Source: an uncultured Trueperaceae bacterium (GTDB taxonomy: Bacteria; Deinococcota; Deinococci; Deinococcales; Trueperaceae). From it: a stretch of 64,000 bases of DNA. How positions within the stretch are numbered: the stretch's first letter is position 1; the number at the start of each line of letters is the position of its first letter. The notes beneath the pieces are model-generated. The model ran no database searches and was not told the DNA's origin. It worked only from the letters and a program-made list of their open reading frames with translations. Position numbers and translations under genes: made by a program. Positions 35,663 through 45,112 of this stretch are shown one piece after another. The stretch covers positions 173,184 through 237,183 of the forward strand of contig CAVSGP010000002.1 of NCBI GenBank assembly GCA_963727505.1, in the 5' to 3' direction.

Positions 35663-37155
35663 GGGAGCCCTCCGGGGGTTGCAGTGAGCTCCCCCAGCGC
35701 GTTGCGCAGTTGGAGCAAAGCCAGGTAGTACGCGTTCTGATCCGACTCCACGGAACGTTGCGCCTGGTCGTAAGCGACGCGAGCGTCGCCGACATCCAGT
35801 GCGGTGGCGAGGCCCGCGGCGAGGCGCGCCTGCGCCGTAGCGAGCGCCTGCTGTGAAGCGGCCAGCGACGCCCGGTCGGCGGCCAGCGACCCCTCGATCG
35901 CCTGCCACGTCGCGTAGCGCTGACGGATGTCGAGCGCAGCGGAGCGCCGGGTGGCCGCCAGCGCCGCCTCGGCGCTGGCCAGCGCGGTGCGGGCAGAGCC
36001 CACGGCCGCGTCCGACGAAGGCGCGTCCAACGGGATGCTCACCGAGGCACCGATGCTGAGCTGGGTGGTGACCGCCCCCGACGCTCCCGGAGCGATGGGA
36101 TAGGAGACGCTGCCGCTAGCGACGCCCTTCTGGAAGTCGAGCCCGGCGTTCACGCCGAGGCCTACCTGCGTGCCGCTGGCATCGTGGCTCGTCACCCCGA
36201 GGGCGAGGCTGGCGCTCGGGATCCAGCGCTGCGCGGCACTCACAGACAGTGAGCCCTGGGCCTGCCGGACCCGGATCTGCGCCACCTGCACGTCGTCGCG
36301 TCGGGGCACGCCCGCCTGCACGAGATCGGCGAGCGATCCGGCTGGAGCCGTGGGCTGCGGCGCCACCGTGGTCAAGGGAGCATCGGTCAGGGGCATGCCG
36401 AGGGTGTCGAAGAGCGTGCGGCGAGCGAGGTCGAGCGTGCCGGCCGCCTGGGCCAGGGCGGCCTGGGCTCCCGCCAGCGCCGCCTGCGCCTGGGCCAGCC
36501 CCTGATCGCTGAGCTGTCCCTGGGCGTGTTGCGCCTGGGCCGCGCTCAGCTTCGCCTGCGCCTGCCGGGCCGCGGCCTGGGCCGCGTCGTTGGCGGTGGC
36601 CGCCAGACGGGCCGCGAAGTACTGCTGCTCGACGGTGAGGCGCAGTCCCGCCCGGGCGCTGTCGCGGTTGAGGGCGGCCACGGCGAGCCCGGCCTCGGAA
36701 TTGGCGATCGAGGCGTCGACCGGCGCCCACGGCAAGACCGTGGCGGAGGCCGAAACGGAGACCTTGGCGGTCGCTCCGGTGCGGCCGCCCGTGCCCGCCA
36801 GGGTGTCGGTGCGGTCGTAACTGCCGCCGGCCGCCACCTGCAATCCGGCGTTGGCCCGGGCGGCGGCCAGCGCGTCCGCCGCGCTCCGGTAGTCGAGGTC
36901 GGCCTTCTGCCAGCCGGGCGCCTGGGGAAGCGCAGCGAGTGCGTCCGCGAGGGTGAATCCGGGCGCCTCCGCAGGGGCTTGGGCGGGTGGCTGGGCTGGC
37001 GTTTCGGCCGGCGTCTCGGCCGGCGTCTGGGCCGGCGTCTCGGCCGGCGTCTGGGTGGACGCCTGTGCGCGCGCCGGCGGGCCGAGCAGGAACGGGACCA
37101 GTACGAGCGCCAGGACGAGGACCGCCCCCGACGCCCGCATGCGGTTGGGGCTCAT
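35659..37155 (-). CDS. TolC-like outer membrane efflux protein, a-type (cassette 1)
   Basis: Signal peptide (AVLVLALVLVPFLLGPPARAQA), a TPAE/TPAQ repeat linker, then an OMF-type helical/beta pattern. Starts at ATG 37155 or 37140. Confidence 0.8.
   Translation of the reverse strand: MSPNRMRASGAVLVLALVLVPFLLGPPARAQASTQTPAETPAQTPAETPAETPAQPPAQAPAEAPGFTLADALAALPQAPGWQKADLDYRSAADALAAARANAGLQVAAGGSYDRTDTLAGTGGRTGATAKVSVSASATVLPWAPVDASIANSEAGLAVAALNRDSARAGLRLTVEQQYFAARLAATANDAAQAAARQAQAKLSAAQAQHAQGQLSDQGLAQAQAALAGAQAALAQAAGTLDLARRTLFDTLGMPLTDAPLTTVAPQPTAPAGSLADLVQAGVPRRDDVQVAQIRVRQAQGSLSVSAAQRWIPSASLALGVTSHDASGTQVGLGVNAGLDFQKGVASGSVSYPIAPGASGAVTTQLSIGASVSIPLDAPSSDAAVGSARTALASAEAALAATRRSAALDIRQRYATWQAIEGSLAADRASLAASQQALATAQARLAAGLATALDVGDARVAYDQAQRSVESDQNAYYLALLQLRNALGELTATPGGLP
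36998..37057. repeat. 12-bp tandem repeat x5 encoding the (T/Q)PAE/PAQ linker
   Basis: ggcgtttcggcc, ggcgtctcggcc, ggcgtctgggcc, ggcgtctcggcc and ggcgtctgggtg. Confidence 0.9.
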
Positions 37156-37284
37156 GTCGCCAAGCGTTCGCCAGGGGCGTGCAGGACTGGCGCGGATCAT
37201 GTGCAGCTCATGTGCAGATGTGCCGATGGCCCGCCGGCGCGGCCGAGACTGGGGGCGGGGCCACAACGCGGCGCGGGACCTGGC

Positions 37285-37310
37285 TGCTACAATCGATAGT
37301 TGGCTATGAT
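37285..37310 (+). promoter_or_regulatory. Candidate extended -10 promoter with overlapping imperfect palindrome (possible MarR operator)
   Basis: TGcTACAAT at 37285-37293. ATCGATAG ttgg CTATGAT at 37292-37310. It lies in the 245-bp gap between the two divergent efflux cassettes. Confidence 0.4.
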
Positions 37311-37400
37311 GAACTTTTCGGAAACGCCAATTGTTCTCGCGAGTCGCTCGCCACGAGCGCCGTCGAGCGGGCCCGTGTTCCGTCCCGACCGAAAGCGGTC

Positions 37401-37838
37401 ATGAAGGACGCCCGCTCGGACACGCGCGCCGGTCTGCTATCCGAGCTTCACGAGACCACCTTCCGCATGATGCGGGTGCAGCGCCAGGTCGCCGACCGGG
37501 CCTTCTCGCCCCTCGGCCTGCGGCCGGTGCAGGCCTTCGCGCTCGCGCTGCTCGGGCATGAGGCCAGCTACCCGAAGGAGCTCGCGCACCTGCTCGACGC
37601 TCCGCCCTCGGTGGTCTCGGTCCTGCTGTCCGACCTCGAGGGGCGAGGGCTGGTGAGCCGAACGGTGGACCCGGCCGACCGGCGCCGGGTACGGCTCGAG
37701 CTCACCGCCGAAGGGCGCCGCACGCTCGATGCCGTCCAACACGCCTGGCTCGACGCCAACGCCCCCCGCCTCGCCCGACTCGGCACGGCAGACCTAGAAG
37801 CCCTGGTGCGCATCCAGAAGGCCCTGCTAGAGGAGTGA
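37401..37838 (+). CDS. MarR-family transcriptional regulator (first gene of cassette 2)
   Basis: LGLRPVQAFALALLGHEASYPKELAHLLDAPPSVVSVLLSDLEGRGLVSRTVDPADRRRVRLELTAEGR is the MarR winged-helix pattern. Confidence 0.85.
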   Translation: MKDARSDTRAGLLSELHETTFRMMRVQRQVADRAFSPLGLRPVQAFALALLGHEASYPKELAHLLDAPPSVVSVLLSDLEGRGLVSRTVDPADRRRVRLELTAEGRRTLDAVQHAWLDANAPRLARLGTADLEALVRIQKALLEE

Positions 37839-37842
37839 CGCC

Positions 37843-39174
37843 ATGAAACGAACGCTCTTGCTCGCCTTCCTCCTCCTCTTGCCGACGGTCACCGCCCAGT
37901 CGGGGCAGGACACACCCACGCTGAGCACCTTCCTCGCCCCCCTCGCCGACCAGCCGTCGCTACGGGCGGTGGGCGAGCAGGTGGCCTCGGCCGAGGCCCA
38001 GCTGCGGGCGGCCTACGACCCGGTCTCGCTGCAGGCGTCGGGGGGGTACACCGCCTTCGACACCACCTCGGTCGATATCAACCCCGCCCAGTCCGGCGTG
38101 CAGAACCTGCCGGCCAGTGGCGGACAGATCTCGGCCGCCGTGACCGTACGCCCCTGGCTTTTCGGCGACACCGCCGACCAGGCCGACAAGAGCCGCCTCC
38201 AGCTCGACCAGACCCGGCTCGACTACCGCGACGCCCTGACCGGCCTCCAGATCCAGGCGGTGCAAGCCGCCTACGGCGTGCAACTCGCCCGCGAGTCGCT
38301 GGCCTCGGCCCAGGAGGGCGAGAAGGTCGCCCAGGCTGCGCTCGACGCCACCCGCTTGCGGAACGACAAGGGAGCGGCCAGCGACCGCGACCTTCGCAGC
38401 GCCCAGACCGGGCTCGAGCAGGCCCGCCAGTACGTGGCCAACGCCAAGGGGGGGCTGGCGCTCGCGCAGACCACGCTCGAGAGCCTGGTCGGCCCCACCG
38501 CCGCGCCCGACGTGGCGGCGTTGACGCTCGAGGTCCCCGACGGCACCGCTCTTTCGGTCCAGAAGGCGCGCCTGAGCGCGAGCCTGGCCGGTGTCTCGGT
38601 GCGCAACGCCACCCGCTCGGTCTACCCCGTCGTGCAGGCCGGTTACACCTGGAACGTCGACAGCAAGGACAGCGTCGGCGTGTCGATCGAGTCGCGCACG
38701 CTCCAACCCAAGGTCAGCTACGGCTTCCAGAGTCCGGGGAGCTCCTTCCCCCAGGACCAGATCAACGGCAGCTTCCAGATCGGCGTGTCGATGACCATCT
38801 CCCCCGGTGTCATCGACGGCCTGCGGGCCACCCATGCACAGCTCCGCGCCGCCCAGGACGGCGTCGATGCTGCGGTGCGCAGCGCCGCGGTACAGAAGGC
38901 GTCGCTCGACAACGATCTCGCTCAGGCCAAGCGCGCGTTGAGCCTTGCGCAGCGCCAACTCGACGATGCGCACGCCACCCTCCAGGAGGACCAGACCCGC
39001 GAGAGGCTCGGCCTGGGAACCCCCCTGACCACGCAACAGGCGGCGCTGGACCTCACCCAGCGCCAACTCGACCTACAGCAGGCCCGCCAGGACACCCTCG
39101 CCAAGACCCTGGCGTACTACCGCTTCTACGCCCACCCCCTGGTGAGCCAGACCCCGTCGGAGGTCCAGCCGTGA
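37843..39174 (+). CDS. TolC-like outer membrane efflux protein, a-type (cassette 2)
   Basis: Signal peptide MKRTLLLAFLLLLPTVTAQ with an OMF helical repeat pattern. Starts 4 nt after the marR stop. Confidence 0.8.
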   Translation: MKRTLLLAFLLLLPTVTAQSGQDTPTLSTFLAPLADQPSLRAVGEQVASAEAQLRAAYDPVSLQASGGYTAFDTTSVDINPAQSGVQNLPASGGQISAAVTVRPWLFGDTADQADKSRLQLDQTRLDYRDALTGLQIQAVQAAYGVQLARESLASAQEGEKVAQAALDATRLRNDKGAASDRDLRSAQTGLEQARQYVANAKGGLALAQTTLESLVGPTAAPDVAALTLEVPDGTALSVQKARLSASLAGVSVRNATRSVYPVVQAGYTWNVDSKDSVGVSIESRTLQPKVSYGFQSPGSSFPQDQINGSFQIGVSMTISPGVIDGLRATHAQLRAAQDGVDAAVRSAAVQKASLDNDLAQAKRALSLAQRQLDDAHATLQEDQTRERLGLGTPLTTQQAALDLTQRQLDLQQARQDTLAKTLAYYRFYAHPLVSQTPSEVQP

Positions 39175-40286
39175 AACGCCTCATCTTCGCTCTCGTCGGC
39201 GTGTTGCCGCTGCTCCTGCCCGCCGCGCACGCATTCGGATTCCAGGACGCCCTGCAGGCCGCGCAGACGCGGCCCGACGCCGTGACCAAGCGGCTCGAGC
39301 TCCTCAACGACAGCAACGAGCTGGTGCGTGTGCAGGGCGATCCCCTCGCCCTCAAGATGGACCTCGTCAAGGCTCAGCAGGCGGTCGCGCTCGATCGCGC
39401 CGAACTCGAGAAGGCCTACGACGACGCCCTCGTGACCATCGCCCAGGCCTACACGGGCGTCCTCGAGGCGCGCGAGCAGGCGGCACTTGCGGACAAGGGC
39501 GTCGAGGTGAGCAAGGCGTCGCTCGACATCGCCAAGATCCGCCGCACCAACGGCAGCGGCACCGACCTCGACGTGCAGGACGCCCAGGTGTCGCTCGACA
39601 ACGCCACCAAGAACACGCAGACCGCCCACAAGAGCCTGGCGATCGCCGAAGCCAATCTGGAGGGCCTGGTCGGGCAGACCCTCGACCCAGGCGCGCTCGA
39701 GCCGATCCCCGATGTCTTCCTGGTGGACGTGCCGTCGACCGACACCGCCACCCAGGCGCTGCCCCACACGCCGCAGCTGCTGCAGTCCCAGCAGGGCCTG
39801 GTGCTGGCCCGGCTCGGGGTCCAGATGCTCGACCCGAGCTACGCATCGGCGTCGCAGATCGAGTCCGCCAAGACGCAGTTACAGACCACCGAGAAGCTCG
39901 TCGCCGAAGCGCAGCGCGGCCTCCAGATCCAGGCCAGGAACCTGGTGGTGCAGGCCCAGAGCGCAGCCGAGTCCTTCCGCATCGAGCAGGACAACCTGGC
40001 CAACGCCAACCAGCGGCTCGGGTTCGCCTCGGACCGGCTGAACGCCGGCCTGATCCCCAAGATCCAGTTCCAGAAGGCGGAGCTCGACCAGCTCCAGGCC
40101 AAGCTCTCTGCGTTGCAGGCGCGCGACGGCTACGTGGTGGCGCTGCTCCAGCTCCAGGCCGGCACCCAGCTCCAGCTGCAGGGCCCGAGCGTCTACGATT
40201 TCGCGGCCACCGTGGGACCTCTACCCGGCGATGCCGGCGTTGCACCCAGCGGAGGCGCAGGGAACGGTTCCAGCAATGGGCAGTAG
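39171..40286 (+). CDS. TolC-like outer membrane efflux protein, b-type (cassette 2)
   Basis: Signal peptide MKRLIFALVGVLPLLLPAAHA. GTGA overlap with the preceding OMF gene. The layout parallels the cassette 1 b-type gene. Confidence 0.8.
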   Translation: MKRLIFALVGVLPLLLPAAHAFGFQDALQAAQTRPDAVTKRLELLNDSNELVRVQGDPLALKMDLVKAQQAVALDRAELEKAYDDALVTIAQAYTGVLEAREQAALADKGVEVSKASLDIAKIRRTNGSGTDLDVQDAQVSLDNATKNTQTAHKSLAIAEANLEGLVGQTLDPGALEPIPDVFLVDVPSTDTATQALPHTPQLLQSQQGLVLARLGVQMLDPSYASASQIESAKTQLQTTEKLVAEAQRGLQIQARNLVVQAQSAAESFRIEQDNLANANQRLGFASDRLNAGLIPKIQFQKAELDQLQAKLSALQARDGYVVALLQLQAGTQLQLQGPSVYDFAATVGPLPGDAGVAPSGGAGNGSSNGQ

Positions 40287-41571
40287 GCCGGCCCGTCACG
40301 CGCTCACGGCCCTGCTGCTGACGCTGGTGCTGGTCCCGCTGACGGCGTGCGGTGGCCGCAAGGCGAGCGACCAGAGCGGGACCCAGCCGGCCGCCGGAAC
40401 GACCGCCACGCAGACGGCGGCCGGATCGGCGGGGGCCGCCAGCGACGTGCGCAAGGTACGCGTCGTCCAGCCCCGTCAGGGTCAGCTCACAGCGCAGCGC
40501 AGCGCCTCGGTGACCATCGACCCGGCCCGCTCGTCGATGGTCGCGGCCGGCACCTCCGGACAAGTGGCGAGCGTGCTCCACCGTGAAGGCGCCACCGTGA
40601 AGGCGGGCGAGACGGTCGTGCAGCTCGACACCACCTCGCTGCAGCTCCAGGTCCAGAACGCCCAGACGGCCCTGGAGAGCGCGAAGGTCAACCTCTCCAA
40701 GGCCCAGCAGTCGGCCAGAGACGGCCTGGCGCAGACCCAGGCCGCGCTCGACGCCGCCCAGCAGAACCTGTCGCTGGCCCAGAGGCAGGTCGACAACGGC
40801 AAGAACCTCTACGCCGCCGGCGGCATCTCCGCCACCGACCTGCAGAGCCTGCAGGCGCAGCTCGCCCAGGCCCAGTCGAGCTACCAGCAGGCCAGGGACG
40901 CGGTCGACCAGGCGCAGCGCGCCGAGACCGAGGACCTCCAGCTCCAGCGGTTGCAGGTGCAGCAGGCCCAGACCCAGCTCGACCAGGCGCGGCACACCCT
41001 GGCCGAGGCCACCATCACCGCGCCGTTCGACGGCCAGATCGCCGACATGCGGGTCTCCGAAGGCGAGTTCGTGGCGACCGGTAGCCCCGTGTTCCGGCTC
41101 GTCTCCGTACGGACCCAGCTCGCCAAGTTCGATGTACCCCCACAGGACGCGCAGCAGCTCTCCGACAAGGGCGTGGTGTACGTGAGCTACGGTGGCCTCG
41201 ACTACGCCGCCAAGATCGTGCGCAGCACCACCGTAACGGGATCGTCGCGGCAAGTGGAGCTTACCGCCAGCGTGTACGCCTCCAAGCACCCCATGCCGAT
41301 CGGTGCGACCGGCCAGGTCAACTACCAGGTGACGCTGGCGACCGGTCTGTTGCTCCCGTCCGACGCGCTCAAGACCGACAGCGGCGAGAGCACGGTGCTG
41401 GTGGTCAAGGATGGCGTCGCGACACAGACGAAGGTACAGCTCCAGGCCGAGGTCGGGGGTACCGCCGCGATCCAGGGCCTGCCGGCCGGCAGTCAGGTCG
41501 TCTACCCCGTCCCCGGTGACCTCCTGGCAGGCTCCAAGGTCCAGGTCGTGGGGGGCGCCACGTCGCCATGA
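40276..41571 (+). CDS. RND periplasmic adaptor lipoprotein (MFP/HlyD family), cassette 2, intact
   Basis: Lipobox LVPLTAC. The ITAPFDGQIADMRVSEGEFV lipoyl/hairpin pattern. The C-terminus is collinear with the third-frame piece of the cassette 1 adaptor. Confidence 0.9.
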   Translation: MGSRPARHALTALLLTLVLVPLTACGGRKASDQSGTQPAAGTTATQTAAGSAGAASDVRKVRVVQPRQGQLTAQRSASVTIDPARSSMVAAGTSGQVASVLHREGATVKAGETVVQLDTTSLQLQVQNAQTALESAKVNLSKAQQSARDGLAQTQAALDAAQQNLSLAQRQVDNGKNLYAAGGISATDLQSLQAQLAQAQSSYQQARDAVDQAQRAETEDLQLQRLQVQQAQTQLDQARHTLAEATITAPFDGQIADMRVSEGEFVATGSPVFRLVSVRTQLAKFDVPPQDAQQLSDKGVVYVSYGGLDYAAKIVRSTTVTGSSRQVELTASVYASKHPMPIGATGQVNYQVTLATGLLLPSDALKTDSGESTVLVVKDGVATQTKVQLQAEVGGTAAIQGLPAGSQVVYPVPGDLLAGSKVQVVGGATSP

Positions 41572-44500
41572 GACGCCTGGTCCAGTTCTTCGTCAACAAC
41601 TACGTCCTGACCATCAGCGTCTTCGGGGCACTGGTGCTGTTCGGCGCCGTGAGCACCCTGAGCCGCGGCATCGAGCTGTTCCCGCCCATCACCGTGCCGG
41701 TCATCGCCGTCACCACCAGCTACAGCGGGGCGGGACCGGAGGAGGTGTCGCGTCAGGTGGCGCAGGCCGAGGAGGGCGCCCTCACCACGCTCCCCGGCAT
41801 CAGCTCCGTCAGCTCGGTCAGCTACGAGGGCTACGCCATCGTCATCGCCCAGTTCAACGCCAACGCCGACATCAATCAGGCCGCCATCGACGTGAGCCAG
41901 CGTATCTCCCAGATCGGCAACCAGCTCCCCGACGGCGCCGGCAACCCGACGGTCCAGAAGTTCAACCCCAACGACCAGCCGATCCTCAGCGTGGCGGTCT
42001 CAGCGCCCGGTCAGGACCTGATGGCCGTACAGAACTACGCCGAGAACACGCTGCAACCCGCCATCGAGAGGGTCAACGGGGTGGCAGACGTGACCGTGGT
42101 GGGGCCGGCCAAGGAGCAGGTGCAGGTCCTGCTCGATCCCAACGCGCTTGCCAACTTCGGCCTGACCCCCCAGCAAGTGTCGAACGCCATCCAGGCGTCG
42201 GCGCTCGACGTGCCGGCCGGCAGCCTGGATTTCGCCAACAGCCGCGTTCTGCTCACGGCGCGCGCCACCCCGACCGATGTCGCGCAGGTGGCGTCGATCC
42301 CGGTCGATCCCTCACGCGGTCTCAGCGTTTCCGATGTCGCCACGGTGCGCGACACCACCGCCAAGCCCACCTCCTACGCGCGCCTCGACGGCGAGCCGGT
42401 GGTGCTGCTGCAGGTGCGCAAGCTGTCGGACAGCAACGCCGTGGCGACCGCCAACGACCTGCGTGCCGCGCTGAAGAAGCTCGACCTGCCGGCCGGCTAC
42501 AGCACGCAGATCGTGGGCGATACCACCACCTACGTGGCGTCCAGCGTCTACGACACCCTCCAGGAGATGCTGATCGCAGCGCTCGCCGTCTCCCTGGTCG
42601 TGCTGATGTTCGTCGGCCGGCTCGGCTCGGTGTTCGCCGTGGTACTCGCGATCCCGGTGGCGCTGTCGGGCGCACTGGTGATGTTCTGGCTGTTCAACTA
42701 CAGCTTCAACATCATCACGCTCCTCGCCCTCACCGTCGCCATCGGCCTGGTGGTCGACGACGCCATCGTGGTGGCCGAGAACATCGACCGCTACCGGGAG
42801 ATGGGGTACGCGCGCCACGAGGCGGTGCTCAAGGGCGCCAGCGAAGTCTCAACGGCGGTCCTGGCGGCGACCATGTCGCTGCTGGCGGTGTTCCTGCCGA
42901 TCTCGTTCCTGCCCGGCATCATCGGCCAGTTCTTCGCCCAGTTCGGCATCACCCTGGCGGCCACCGTGGCCTTCAGCTACTTGGAGGCGATGTTCTTCCT
43001 GACGGTCCGCCTGGCGCTGTCGCCAGATCCTTTCCCGCCGTCGTGGCGCGACCTCCCGGCTGCGCTGCGAGCGACGCGCAACGATCTCCGGTGGGGCCTG
43101 CACTTCTACCGCAGCGTCTGGTTCTGGCTCATCGCCCTGGCCGCGGGTGCCGGCCTCGTGCGGGGCCTTGGCGTGCGCTACCTAGCGCTACTGGTGCTTC
43201 TGCCGCTGCTGCTGGTGCTGCTCCGCATGCTCCTGCGCGTTGTGCTCGCGGTGCTCGGGGCGCTCTCGCTCAATCTCTTCCAGGTGGGCGACTTCCTGAT
43301 CACGCGCACCCGCGACGCCTACGTGGCGGCGCTGTCGCGCCTGCTCCCGCGATCCTGGATCGTCCTCGTCACGGCCGCGCTGCTGTTCGCCAGCCTGTTC
43401 TGGGTGTTCCCGCGCATCGGCTTCAACTTCCAGCCGCCGTCGGACACGGGCCAGCTCGTCGTCGACGCCCGTCTACCGGTGGGGACCAGCCTGGCGCGCA
43501 CCAACCAGGTGGCCACACAGATCGAGGCCAACCTGTTGGCCGACCCCATGGTGACGACCGTGCAGACGACGGTCGGCTCCGGCACCCAGGTCGGCGGCGC
43601 ACTGCCCGAGGACGCCAGCCTGACCCTGCAGCTCGTCGACAAGAGCCAGCGCAACCGCACCACCAGCGAGCTGGCGGTGGCCGTCCAGGACCGCTTGCGC
43701 ACGATGTTCGCCAGCCACCCGGAGATCCGCATCAGCGTCGGCAGCTCCGACCCCAGCAACGCCCCCACCAACGCCGGCTACGACCTGACGCTGGCGTCGA
43801 CCAACCTGGACGCGCTGCGTCAGCACTCCGACCAGGCGGTGGTCGTGCTGCAGAGCGACCCGCAGCTCCGCAACGTCCGCTCCGACGTGTCCTCCAGCTC
43901 AACCGAGCGCGTCTTCGTGGCGGACGCCGCGCAACTGGCGGGCACCGGCCTGACCCGCGCACAGATCTTCCAGGCACTGCGCACCTACAACGTCGGCACC
44001 CATGCCGCAACCATGCGCAAGTCGGGCGTGGAGATCCCCATCCAGGTGATGGCCGATCCCCGCAATCTCGTGAACGAGCAGACCATCCTCAGCCTGCCGC
44101 TGTACGCGCCCGGCCTGCAGACCACCGTCACGCTGGGCGACCTCGGTCACTTCGAGACCCGCCTCGCCCCCGCTGTGATCCGCCGCACCAACCAGTCCTA
44201 CAGCTCCGACGTGACCGCTGACCTGGCGCCGGGCGTGACCCAGTCCGAGGCGAAGCAGCAGGCGCACCAGCTGTTGGTGGCTGCCGGGGTGCTCGACGCG
44301 CAAGTGGTGCAGACCACCAGCGGGAACCTCGACCTGCTGGGCGACCTGCTCAAGTACGGTCCGATCGCGTTCGCACTGGCGCTGCTGCTGAACTACCTGG
44401 CCATCGGTAGCCAGTTCAACTCCTTCAAGTATCCGCTCTACCTGTTGCTGACGGTCCCGCTGGCGCTGGTCGGAGCGATCTGGCTGTTCTACTTCACCGG

Positions 44501-45086
44501 CAACTCGCTCGACGTGATCAGCATCCTGGGGGTGGTGATGCTGGTGGGTCTGGTCACCAAGAACGCCATCCTGCTCCTGGACGTGACCATGCGGCGGGCC
44601 TCCGAAGGGGACGACCTCTACGCCGCTCTGGTGGAGGCCGGGCGTGTGCGCTTCCGGCCCATCGTGATGACCACCCTCACCGTCGTGGTCATCAGCATCC
44701 CGTTGATGGTCGGCGCCTCGCAGGGAGCGGAGTTCCGCTTCCCGCTGGGTCTGGTCATCGTGGGGGGCGTGCTCAGCTCGGCGCTGCTGACCTTCTTCGT
44801 CGTGCCTGCCGCCTTCTACCAGTTCGAGCGCAAGCGCTACGAGCGACTGGGGGCGGCGGCCGTCCCGCGTGGCGGCGCGGCCCCGGACGCCTCACCCAGC
44901 GGCGGCGGCGCGGGTGGCCCGGTAGAGCGCGGGCAAGACCGCTCCCCCCGGAGCGGTGGACCCGGCCCCTCGCAGCGACGTCCGAGCAGCGCGAGCCCGC
45001 ACACCGGTAGCCCGAACACCGCCACCGAACGCAGTCGCGCACGCACCGAGCCCGGAAACCCCGACGAGGCGACCGGGGGCCGCTAG
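41568..45086 (+). CDS. RND-family efflux transporter permease (cassette 2) with ~90-aa disordered C-terminal tail
   Basis: 1172 aa. ATGA overlap with the adaptor gene. AIGLVVDDAIVVAENIDRY and GLVTKNAILLLD segments. Confidence 0.9.
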   Translation: MRRLVQFFVNNYVLTISVFGALVLFGAVSTLSRGIELFPPITVPVIAVTTSYSGAGPEEVSRQVAQAEEGALTTLPGISSVSSVSYEGYAIVIAQFNANADINQAAIDVSQRISQIGNQLPDGAGNPTVQKFNPNDQPILSVAVSAPGQDLMAVQNYAENTLQPAIERVNGVADVTVVGPAKEQVQVLLDPNALANFGLTPQQVSNAIQASALDVPAGSLDFANSRVLLTARATPTDVAQVASIPVDPSRGLSVSDVATVRDTTAKPTSYARLDGEPVVLLQVRKLSDSNAVATANDLRAALKKLDLPAGYSTQIVGDTTTYVASSVYDTLQEMLIAALAVSLVVLMFVGRLGSVFAVVLAIPVALSGALVMFWLFNYSFNIITLLALTVAIGLVVDDAIVVAENIDRYREMGYARHEAVLKGASEVSTAVLAATMSLLAVFLPISFLPGIIGQFFAQFGITLAATVAFSYLEAMFFLTVRLALSPDPFPPSWRDLPAALRATRNDLRWGLHFYRSVWFWLIALAAGAGLVRGLGVRYLALLVLLPLLLVLLRMLLRVVLAVLGALSLNLFQVGDFLITRTRDAYVAALSRLLPRSWIVLVTAALLFASLFWVFPRIGFNFQPPSDTGQLVVDARLPVGTSLARTNQVATQIEANLLADPMVTTVQTTVGSGTQVGGALPEDASLTLQLVDKSQRNRTTSELAVAVQDRLRTMFASHPEIRISVGSSDPSNAPTNAGYDLTLASTNLDALRQHSDQAVVVLQSDPQLRNVRSDVSSSSTERVFVADAAQLAGTGLTRAQIFQALRTYNVGTHAATMRKSGVEIPIQVMADPRNLVNEQTILSLPLYAPGLQTTVTLGDLGHFETRLAPAVIRRTNQSYSSDVTADLAPGVTQSEAKQQAHQLLVAAGVLDAQVVQTTSGNLDLLGDLLKYGPIAFALALLLNYLAIGSQFNSFKYPLYLLLTVPLALVGAIWLFYFTGNSLDVISILGVVMLVGLVTKNAILLLDVTMRRASEGDDLYAALVEAGRVRFRPIVMTTLTVVVISIPLMVGASQGAEFRFPLGLVIVGGVLSSALLTFFVVPAAFYQFERKRYERLGAAAVPRGGAAPDASPSGGGAGGPVERGQDRSPRSGGPGPSQRRPSSASPHTGSPNTATERSRARTEPGNPDEATGGR

Positions 45087-45112
45087 ATGCCAGAGCGTAG
45101 GATGGGACCACC

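Noticed and set aside
36987-37400. The N-terminal 138 codons of ORF 36987..37838
   Set aside because: The MarR domain needs only the ATG at 37401. The upstream part runs through the opposite-strand OMF gene and the intergenic region.
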